From the IMG/VR virus record IMGVR_UViG_2698536302_000011, positions 1-34,665 of that record: 34,665 nt of DNA. One strand, 5' to 3'. The position numbers were made by a program, and so were the translations under genes. The notes below the pieces were generated by a model. It was not told the DNA's origin, did not search any database, and was given only the letters and a program-made list of their open reading frames with translations. How positions within the stretch are numbered: the first letter of the stretch is position 1; the number at the start of each line of letters is the position of its first letter. Positions 17,569-25,073 of this stretch are shown here, one piece after another. Origin of the DNA: a virus. Its lineage: Duplodnaviria; Heunggongvirae; Uroviricota; Caudoviricetes.

Positions 17569-17645
17569 GCGTTGTTAGCTCAGCCGGACAGAGCAATTGC
17601 CTTCTAAGCAATCGGTCACTGGTTCGAATCCAGTACAACGCGCCA
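17569..17645 (+). tRNA. tRNA-Arg (anticodon UCU)
   Basis: Acceptor GCGTTGT/ACAACGC, anticodon loop CTTCTAA, T-loop TTCGAAT, encoded CCA. Confidence 0.85.
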
Positions 17646-17658
17646 CGCTTATTTTTCC

Positions 17659-17683
17659 AGGCTCGCTTCGGCGGGCCTTTTTC
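17659..17683 (+). terminator. Rho-independent terminator after the tRNA cluster
   Basis: AGGCTCGC-TTCG-GCGGGCCT hairpin followed by TTTTT. Confidence 0.55.
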
Positions 17684-18129
17684 ATATCCGCGCCCGTTAT
17701 GAAGCGCCACCGCGTTCTGCTAATGCTGAAGCCCTTCGTCAGCTGACTGATGTTGCAGATACTGATGATACTGTGAATGTGCTGTGTCTGTGTCTGGATA
17801 TCGCTGACCAGGACGGTATCGGTCAGGAAGAAGAAGCGCAACTGAAGAAAATTGCGCAGGCGCTGCAGTTGCCGCTGGAGCAGTACCTGTGAAAAGTGCG
17901 CGCCTTGTGCTGGCTGTCATCCTGTTGTTTCTGGTAGTGATGGTGGATTTCACCGGACGACTGATGTCAGTGCTGGCAGATGGTGTGCTGGTGGCGATGG
18001 CGCTGATCGTGCTCCGGCCTTTACTGCGTAAATCTGAATAACATCACACAAAAGGCATCTGCGGGTGCCTTTGACGGGGTGTTTTTTTACGGGTCGCTGG
18101 TGGCCCTTTTTTTATTTTCAGGAGGAAGT

Positions 18130-18522
18130 ATGTCTGAACCCTTATCCGGTTCCGGCACGGCTGCGGCGCTGGGTGGCGCGACGGTATTCGGGCTGTTTAC
18201 CGGGATGGATTTCGGGATTGTGTTTGGCGCGTTCGCCGGGGCGTTATTTGTGGCAACGATGCCGCAGTCACTTTCAGTCTGGCGCGTGGTGGCGCATTTT
18301 CTGGTGTCGTTTATTGTCGGCGTGCTGGGAGCGCGTGTGCTGTCAGCCTGGATTGCATCAAAAACAGGGTATGACGGTACATCAGCAGATGCGCTTTGCG
18401 CGGTGCTGGTCTCGGTGGTGTCGGTGAAGATTCTCTCGTTCATCCACCAGCAGGATATTGCATCGCTGGTGTCCGGTGTGTTCTCCCGCCTGCGGGGTGG
18501 AGGAGGCGGCAATGTTAAGTAA
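18130..18522 (+). CDS. Putative holin (multi-TM membrane protein)
   Basis: ~130 aa from the ATG at 18130 (GGAGGAAG RBS); several hydrophobic helices; first gene of the lysis-position cassette; C-terminal Gly/Arg-rich tail. Confidence 0.55.
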   Translation: MSEPLSGSGTAAALGGATVFGLFTGMDFGIVFGAFAGALFVATMPQSLSVWRVVAHFLVSFIVGVLGARVLSAWIASKTGYDGTSADALCAVLVSVVSVKILSFIHQQDIASLVSGVFSRLRGGGGGNVK

Positions 18523-18787
18523 CCTTCCCGGATTGCTGAATGTGGCGTTATGCACGGTTATCGTGCTGACGCTCTTTTTTTATCGTCGCCGTGATTCCAG
18601 ACATAAACCGCTGGTGTCATGGCTGGCCTGGCTGCTGATGCTGCTGTATGCCTTTGCGCCCCTCAGCTATCTGTGTGGTCGCCCGTTAGCAACGGGCTGG
18701 CTGGAAGTGTTTTTTAACCTGCTGTTCTGCGTGCTGGTGATACACGCACGCGGGAACGTCACAAAAATCTTTCCATTGTTGAGGTGA
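18512..18787 (+). CDS. Second lysis-cassette membrane protein (holin/antiholin-like, ~3 TM)
   Basis: ~91 aa from the ATG at 18512 preceded by GGAGGAGG; overlaps the upstream gene end; hydrophobic helices 'LLNVALCTVIVLTLFF', 'LVSWLAWLLMLLYAF', 'FFNLLFCVLVI'. Confidence 0.5.
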   Translation: MLSNLPGLLNVALCTVIVLTLFFYRRRDSRHKPLVSWLAWLLMLLYAFAPLSYLCGRPLATGWLEVFFNLLFCVLVIHARGNVTKIFPLLR

Positions 18788-18789
18788 AT

Positions 18790-19167
18790 ATGCCGGGTAA
18801 ATTCAGATTCAGCCGTCGCAGTGAAAAAAATCTGGAGGGTGTCAAACCACAGCTGGTTGCTGTAGTTCGCCGTGCGCTGGAGCTGACGGAGGTTGATTTC
18901 GGTATTACGGAAGGCCTGCGCAGTAAGTATCGCCAGAAACAGCTGGTTGCGGAAGGGAAAAGCCAGACCATGAACAGCCGCCACCTGACCGGTGATGCGG
19001 TGGATGTTGTGGCCTACATCGGCAGCCAGGTGTCATGGGAGTGGCCTCTGTACGAGAAAATCGCACAGGCATTTAAGCAGGCTGCCGCAGAGCTGGGGAT
19101 CGCTATCGAATGGGGCGGGGACTGGAAAACGCTGAAAGACGGACCTCACTTTCAGCTGAAGCGATAA
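18790..19167 (+). CDS. Endolysin, peptidase M15 family (L-alanyl-D-glutamate peptidase-like)
   Basis: 126 aa; 'SRHLTGDAVD' and 'DGPHFQ' match the zinc-binding H-x(6)-D ... H pattern of M15/VanY-type peptidases; ATG at 18790 after GAGGTGA. Confidence 0.65.
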   Translation: MPGKFRFSRRSEKNLEGVKPQLVAVVRRALELTEVDFGITEGLRSKYRQKQLVAEGKSQTMNSRHLTGDAVDVVAYIGSQVSWEWPLYEKIAQAFKQAAAELGIAIEWGGDWKTLKDGPHFQLKR

Positions 19168-19178
19168 GTAAAACAAAA

Positions 19179-19208
19179 CCCCGGCTGGGGGAACAGTCCG
19201 GGGTTTTT
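19179..19208 (+). terminator. Rho-independent terminator after the endolysin
   Basis: CCCCGG...CCGGGG hairpin followed by TTTTT. Confidence 0.6.
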
Positions 19209-19441
19209 AGTTTTCACGTCAAAGGGGAAATTGTGATTAGTGAGTACGGAGAAAATCCTCGTGGGAAAGTATAAAAGATTCTTTTTGAGGTTGTCCATTA
19301 TGAAAGGTATTGAAATGGAAACTCCCGCGAGCCTTGATTTGACAAGGGCTGCGGCCTTTGCAATTCGCCTTGTGGCGGTCGCTGTTCTGATTTGGGCTGT
19401 GCGTTGGTGGTGATATGGCGCGAAAACACTGGACACACAGA

Positions 19442-19597
19442 ATGCCGCGAACGGCGGTGAAACGGGCACTGGTAGCGATACTGGTGCCTTTTTTATTGGT
19501 GGGGTGCGTCAGCCTGGATAAGGCGCGCCAGCTTTTCGATACCGCGTCTCAGGTCTGTGAAATTGTCGACGGTGTTCGGCAGTGTCTGCAGAACTGA
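19442..19597 (+). CDS. Small lipoprotein (possible outer-membrane spanin-like or other small lipoprotein)
   Basis: 'MPRTAVKRALVAILVPFLLVGC' has a signal-peptide n/h region and an LVGC lipobox; mature part ~30 aa with two Cys; preceded by a 37-codon hydrophobic mini-ORF (~19300-19413). Confidence 0.4.
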   Translation: MPRTAVKRALVAILVPFLLVGCVSLDKARQLFDTASQVCEIVDGVRQCLQN

Positions 19598-19768
19598 TCG
19601 CCTGTAAGAGCAGAATATTTTGCTGAAAAATGAAGGGTGCGTCAGCGTCCGGAAAGCATGAAATTCTGTGTTTGTGGCTACTCAATAAAATAAATTCTTT
19701 CTGTCGCCGCGAATACTCAAATGTTGATCAGTGCCCGGTGCGGCGACGGGCTTCGATATCAGGAGACG

Positions 19769-20164
19769 ATGATGGAAAAAACAGAAAACAAACCGATTGT
19801 AATTGGTGCTGATGCTGCTCCGTTTAAGTTTGAGTTGTCTCAACTGGTGGAGATGCGTATCAGTGATGAATGGGGTGAGGTTAAAGCCCGCGCGCAGTAT
19901 GCGGATGGCGAAAACCAGTACTTGATCCACTACAAAGCAGCTGATGGTCGCGCCACGACGGAGTGGTTTGGTGAGTCAATGCTGGAAGCAACAGAAGATG
20001 ATCGTCATCCGGGTTGTCCGGTATTTGCCGGTATGAAATTACCGGAAGGTGCAGTTGAACTGCAGCCGGGTGAGGTGTTCGTAATGACAGACATCATTGA
20101 TGGTAAACCGCAGTATTCGCGTATTGAAATGAATAGTAAGAGTGCTCGCCTGATTCGTGAGTAA
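19769..20164 (+). CDS. Hypothetical protein
   Basis: ~131 aa from 'MMEKTENKPIV...'; AGGAG upstream; no recognised family. Confidence 0.45.
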   Translation: MMEKTENKPIVIGADAAPFKFELSQLVEMRISDEWGEVKARAQYADGENQYLIHYKAADGRATTEWFGESMLEATEDDRHPGCPVFAGMKLPEGAVELQPGEVFVMTDIIDGKPQYSRIEMNSKSARLIRE

Positions 20165-20560
20165 CAGGCATTACAGCAGCCCTTCACTCTAAGGGGTTGC
20201 TGTAATGTGAGAAATAAAAAACCGGTCACAGGGAGCAGCTACACAGAAGCGGCCGGCGAAGACCGCCAATACCACCCATGCATTGATGCAACATACTAAT
20301 GACAATAGCCGCTATTGATGTAAATGCAATGTTATGCATCGACGAAAATAAAAAACCGGCAGGGGAAATCCATTGAAGATTTGCCGGTGGCAAAAGAGGG
20401 CCATGTTTTTAACCTTAGTCGCAGAGTTACGGAGTGCAACTACGAATGCTGCCGGTATATGGCTGAATGGCGTTTCAATGATGTACGTCATCTTATCTGT
20501 AAATGTTAATGACAAACGCTCTCATTTGTGCGGGTCCTTCCGGTGGGGTGGCCTGCCACG

Positions 20561-20572
20561 GGGCGGGAGCGT
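20561..20572. other. cos site (cosN-like cohesive-end sequence)
   Basis: '...gtgcgggtccttccggtg...cacg|GGGCGGGAGCGT|cgcgg...' parallels the lambda right-end / cosN / left-end arrangement ('...ttacg|GGGCGGCGACCT|cgcgggttttcgc...'); ~175 bp upstream of the small terminase gene. Confidence 0.6.
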
Positions 20573-20746
20573 CGCGGAAAAAGGCTAGTTTTTGAAATTT
20601 TATTCGTCATCACCACCACTGTAATAGATTGATATTACAGTGGTTTTATTTTTATGGTGTCGATTTTGATTGTTTTTTGTTCATCACTAACACCGTTTGC
20701 CTAAAGTTGTTCGCGAGATGCATGTTTAAAACATTCTGGAGCGGGT

Positions 20747-21241
20747 ATGGATCGAGAGTTAAAAAATCTGACGCTGAATATCAGTCAACTGGCGGCACTG
20801 TCAGGTGTACATCGCCAGACTGCTGCGGCAAGGCTGCAAAATCTACCCGTTGCAGGGGGGCATGAAAGCAACCTCAAGCTTTATCGGGTGGTTGATATTG
20901 TGTCGGCATTTCTGGCATTGCCACCGCCGGTTGCAGAAGGCGAAATGGACGCGCATGAGCGCAAAGCCTGGTATCAGTCTGAACGTGAGCGTCTTAAGTT
21001 CGAACAGGAAACGGCACAACTCATTCCGGCCAGTGATGTCAGACGGGAGTTTGCCATCTGGGCAAAAGCGGTCGTGCAGGTGCTGGAGACATTACCGGAT
21101 ATTCTGGAACGTGACTGCGGTCTGCAGCCTGCCGCTGTGAGCCGTGTTCAGTCCATTATTGATGATCTGCGCGATCAGATAGCCCTGCGGGTGACTGAAG
21201 CAGGTGCGGATGATGAGGAGGAATTACAGCAGGAGGAGTAA
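20747..21241 (+). CDS. nu1: Terminase small subunit (lambda Nu1-like)
   Basis: 164 aa; N-terminal HTH ('LTLNISQLAALSGVHRQT'); immediately upstream of and 1-nt overlapping the large terminase gene; acidic C-terminus. Confidence 0.75.
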   Translation: MDRELKNLTLNISQLAALSGVHRQTAAARLQNLPVAGGHESNLKLYRVVDIVSAFLALPPPVAEGEMDAHERKAWYQSERERLKFEQETAQLIPASDVRREFAIWAKAVVQVLETLPDILERDCGLQPAAVSRVQSIIDDLRDQIALRVTEAGADDEEELQQEE

Positions 21242-23343
21242 TGCTGAATCAGGAAACCGCAAAGGCAGCACGAACCGATTCAGGTTATATCCTTCGCGCA
21301 CCGAGACGAATGCGGGTTGCTGATGCCGTTGCTCAGTATATGCGGGTGCCCATGGGGGCAGGGAACTCAGTCCCGTGGGATCCGCTGGTGGCACCGTATG
21401 TTATTGAGCCGATGAACTGCCTGGCCTCGCGTGAATACGACGCAGTGATATTTGTTGGCCCGGCACGAACCGGCAAGACTATCGGCCTGATTGACGGCTG
21501 GGTGATTTACAACGTGATTTGCGATCCTGCTGATATGCTGATCATTCAGATGACGGAGGAAAAAGCCCGCGAACACTCCAAAAAACGACTCGCCAGAACG
21601 TTTCGCGTCAGCCCGGAAGTGGTCAGTCGCCTGAGTCCGAACAAAAATGACAACAACGTTTATGACAGAACATTCCTTGCTGGTAACTACCTGAAAATCG
21701 GCTGGCCGTCAGTCAATATCATGTCCTCATCAGATTATAAATGCGTCGCGCTGACGGATTATGACCGTTTTCCGGAAGATATTGATGGCGAGGGGGATGC
21801 TTTCTCTCTTGCCTCAAAACGTACCACCACATTTATGTCCAGCGGTATGACGTTGGTGGAGAGTTCCCCCGGCAGGGATGTGAAGGATGTGAAATGGCGA
21901 CGGACTTCACCGCATGAGGCTCCACCAACCACGGGGATCCTGTCGCTCTATAACCGTGGTGATCGCCGTCGCTGGTACTGGCCCTGTCCACACTGTGGTG
22001 AGTATTTTCAGCCCTGCGGCGATGTGGTTGCTGGTTTCCGTGATATTGCCGATCCCGTGCTGGCAAGTGAGGCGGCTTATATTCAGTGTCCTTCCTGTTC
22101 AGGACGGATTATGCCTGAACAAAAACGTGAGCTGAACGGACGTGGGGTCTGGTTGCGGGATGGTGAATCCATCAATGCGGATGGCAGTCGTTATGGTGAT
22201 CCCCGACGCTCACGTATTGCGTCATTCTGGATGGAGGGTCCGGCAGCTGCTTACCAGACACTCTCGCAACTCGTTTACAAACTGCTTACTGCAGAACAGG
22301 AATACGAGACAACCGGAAGTGAAGAAACACTCAGGGCGGTTATCAATACCGACTGGGGATTACCTTATCTTCCCCGCGCCAGCATGGAGCAACGAAAAAG
22401 TGAACTGCTTGAGCAGCGGGCAGAGCCAGTTCTTTCCCGCAGTGTGCCGGATGGCGTTAATTTCCTTGTGGCGACAGTGGATGTGCAGGCGGGACGTCAT
22501 CGCCGTTTTGTGGTTCAGGTAACGGGCTATGGCAGCCGTGGCGAACGCTGGATTATTGATCGTTACAACATCACGCAGTCATTGCGCGGTGACAGCGACG
22601 GGGAGAGCCAGCGAATTGATCCGGCCAGCTATCCGGAAGACTGGGATGTCCTGCTGACGGATGTTTTTCATAAAAGCTGGCCGCTGGCCTCCAATCCTTC
22701 TCAACAAATGCGACTGATGGCAATGGCGGTGGACTCCGGCGGTGAAGACGGGGTCACTGATAATGCCTATAAATTCTGGCGTCGTTGCCGTCGTGATGGC
22801 CTTGGTAAACGTATTTACCTGTTTAAGGGCGACAGCATCCGGCGCGCAAAACTGATCACCCGTACATTCCCTGATAACACCGGACGAACGGGCCGACGGG
22901 CGCAGGCCGCAGGTGATGTGCCGCTCTGGCTTCTTCAGACGGATGCACTGAAAGACCGGGTGAATAACGCGTTATGGCGTGACTCGCCAGGTCCAGGCTA
23001 TGTGCATTTCCCTGACTGGCTGGGGAGCTGGTTTTACGACGAACTGACGTATGAAGAGCGGAGCAGTGACGGGAAATGGAGTAAGCCGGGTCGCGGTGCC
23101 AACGAAGCTTTTGACCTGATGGTGTATGCCGAGGCTCTGGTCATTCTGCATGGATACGAAAAGATCCGCTGGCCGGATGCACCGGAGTGGGCGAGCCGGG
23201 AAACCTGGCTGGAGTGTGTCCAGGACAGTACTGAACCGTCATCCTCACCGGAACCGGTATCCACGCCTGTTAAAAAACAAAAACGGAAGAAAACAGTAAC
23301 TGACGATGTTAACCCCTGGCTGACTTCCGGAGGATGGTTATGA
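21241..23343 (+). CDS. A: Terminase large subunit (lambda gpA-like)
   Basis: 700 aa; Walker-A-like 'VGPARTGKT'; 'WYWPCPHCGEYFQP'; followed by W-like and portal genes. Confidence 0.9.
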   Translation: MLNQETAKAARTDSGYILRAPRRMRVADAVAQYMRVPMGAGNSVPWDPLVAPYVIEPMNCLASREYDAVIFVGPARTGKTIGLIDGWVIYNVICDPADMLIIQMTEEKAREHSKKRLARTFRVSPEVVSRLSPNKNDNNVYDRTFLAGNYLKIGWPSVNIMSSSDYKCVALTDYDRFPEDIDGEGDAFSLASKRTTTFMSSGMTLVESSPGRDVKDVKWRRTSPHEAPPTTGILSLYNRGDRRRWYWPCPHCGEYFQPCGDVVAGFRDIADPVLASEAAYIQCPSCSGRIMPEQKRELNGRGVWLRDGESINADGSRYGDPRRSRIASFWMEGPAAAYQTLSQLVYKLLTAEQEYETTGSEETLRAVINTDWGLPYLPRASMEQRKSELLEQRAEPVLSRSVPDGVNFLVATVDVQAGRHRRFVVQVTGYGSRGERWIIDRYNITQSLRGDSDGESQRIDPASYPEDWDVLLTDVFHKSWPLASNPSQQMRLMAMAVDSGGEDGVTDNAYKFWRRCRRDGLGKRIYLFKGDSIRRAKLITRTFPDNTGRTGRRAQAAGDVPLWLLQTDALKDRVNNALWRDSPGPGYVHFPDWLGSWFYDELTYEERSSDGKWSKPGRGANEAFDLMVYAEALVILHGYEKIRWPDAPEWASRETWLECVQDSTEPSSSPEPVSTPVKKQKRKKTVTDDVNPWLTSGGWL

Positions 23344-23552
23344 ACCAGAATGATATCGAAGCCATGATTCAGCGTTATACGGAAGCTGAAATGGCGGTGC
23401 TGGACGGAAAATCCGTCACTTTTAATGGTCAGCAGATGACCATGGAAAACTTATCTGAGATCCGGCAGGGACGGCAGGAGTGGGAGCGCCGCCTTGCGGC
23501 TCTGATTACACGACGACGGGGGCATCCCGGGTACCGGCTGGCGAGGTTCTGA
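23340..23552 (+). CDS. W: Head-tail joining protein (lambda gpW-like)
   Basis: ~70 aa; pattern similar to lambda W; ATG at 23340 after GGAGG, overlapping the terminase stop. Confidence 0.65.
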   Translation: MNQNDIEAMIQRYTEAEMAVLDGKSVTFNGQQMTMENLSEIRQGRQEWERRLAALITRRRGHPGYRLARF

Positions 23553-25060
23553 TGGCAATTCTTGATGATGTGATTGGCGTTTTTTCACCAGGATGGAAAG
23601 CGGCAAGGCTGCGTTCCCGGGCGGTGATCCAGGCTTATGAGGCCGTAAAAACGACACGGACACACAAAGCCCGGCGGGAAAACCGAACTGCCGACCAGTT
23701 AAGCCAGTACGGGGCCGTGTCGTTACGTGAGCAGGCCCGTTACCTTGATAACAACCACGATCTGGTTATTGGTGTATTTGACAAGCTGGAAGAACGGGTG
23801 GTGGGGAAAAACGGGATTATTGTCGAGCCACATCCGGTATTACGCAATGGGGCCATTGCCCGTGATCTGGCAGCGGAGATACGCACCCGATGGAGTGAAT
23901 GGTCTGTCAGTCCGGAAGTCACCGGGCAGTTTACCCGTCCGATGCTGGAACGTCTGATGCTGCGTACCTGGCTGCGCGATGGTGAGGTGTTTGCCCAGAT
24001 GGTTTCCGGGCGCATAAACAGCCTGACGCCTTCTGCCGGTGTTCATTTCTGGCTGGAGGCGCTCGAGCCGGACTTTATTCCCATGACCAGTGATGAGAGC
24101 AACAGGCTGAATCAGGGCGTGTTTGTTGATGACTGGGGGCGTCCCGAAAAATATCTGGTGTATAAAAGCCGTCCCGTATCCGGGCGGCAGATGGAAACCA
24201 AAGAAGTGGATGCAGAGCGAATGCTGCATCTTAAATTTGTTCGCCGTCTGCACCAGATGCGCGGGACGTCTTTGTTGTCCGGTGTGCTGATCCGCCTCAG
24301 TGCCCTGAAAGAGTATGAAGATTCTGAGCTGACTGCAGCAAGGATCGCCGCTGCTCTGGGGATGTACATCCGGAAAGGCGACGGGCAGAGCTATGAACCG
24401 GATGGTAATGGCAGCAAGGAGAATGAACGCGAGCTTACCATTCAGCCAGGCATTATTTACGACGATCTGAAACCCGGCGAAGAAATCGGAATGGTGAAGT
24501 CGGATCGTCCCAATCCTAACCTTGAAACTTTTCGTAATGGTCAGTTGCGTGCCGTGGCGGCGGGCAGTCGTCTGAGTTTTTCCAGTACGGCACGCAACTA
24601 TAACGGCACTTACAGCGCCCAGCGTCAGGAGCTGGTTGAATCCACTGATGGCTACCTGATCCTGCAGGACTGGTTTATTGGTGCCGTCACCCGCCCGATG
24701 TATCGTGCCTGGCTGAAACAGGCTGTGGCATCCGGTGTTATCAGGCTACCCCGCGATCTTGATCGTTCTTCACTGTATACCGCGGTGTATTCCGGACCGG
24801 TGATGCCGTGGATTGACCCTGTTAAGGAGGCTGAGGCCTGGAAAATTCAGATTCGTGGTGGAGCGGCGACAGAATCAGACTGGGTACGTGCAGGTGGTCG
24901 TAATCCGGATGATGTCAAACGTCGGCGCAAGGCCGAAATTGATGAAAACCGCAAGCTGGATCTGGTATTTGATACCGATCCGGCCAGTGATAAAGGAGGC
25001 AGCAGTGCCGCAACGAAACGACAGGAGCCGCAGCACACCGACGACCAGTCCGAAGAATAA
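23552..25060 (+). CDS. B: Portal protein (lambda gpB-like)
   Basis: ~502 aa; ATG overlaps the W stop (TGATG); position between W and the capsid protease gene. Confidence 0.8.
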   Translation: MAILDDVIGVFSPGWKAARLRSRAVIQAYEAVKTTRTHKARRENRTADQLSQYGAVSLREQARYLDNNHDLVIGVFDKLEERVVGKNGIIVEPHPVLRNGAIARDLAAEIRTRWSEWSVSPEVTGQFTRPMLERLMLRTWLRDGEVFAQMVSGRINSLTPSAGVHFWLEALEPDFIPMTSDESNRLNQGVFVDDWGRPEKYLVYKSRPVSGRQMETKEVDAERMLHLKFVRRLHQMRGTSLLSGVLIRLSALKEYEDSELTAARIAAALGMYIRKGDGQSYEPDGNGSKENERELTIQPGIIYDDLKPGEEIGMVKSDRPNPNLETFRNGQLRAVAAGSRLSFSSTARNYNGTYSAQRQELVESTDGYLILQDWFIGAVTRPMYRAWLKQAVASGVIRLPRDLDRSSLYTAVYSGPVMPWIDPVKEAEAWKIQIRGGAATESDWVRAGGRNPDDVKRRRKAEIDENRKLDLVFDTDPASDKGGSSAATKRQEPQHTDDQSEE

Positions 25061-25073
25061 TTCCTGGTTCAGG

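Noticed and set aside
17396-19167. Looked for stxA/stxB or other toxin cargo between the tRNAs and the lysis genes
   Set aside because: Only ~480 bp of non-toxin sequence is present and no A/B toxin-like ORFs occur anywhere in the window.
20324-20865. Small ORFs (61-78 aa) upstream of the terminase
   Set aside because: They span the cos region and the terminase leader, where coding sequence is not expected; no RBS or homology.
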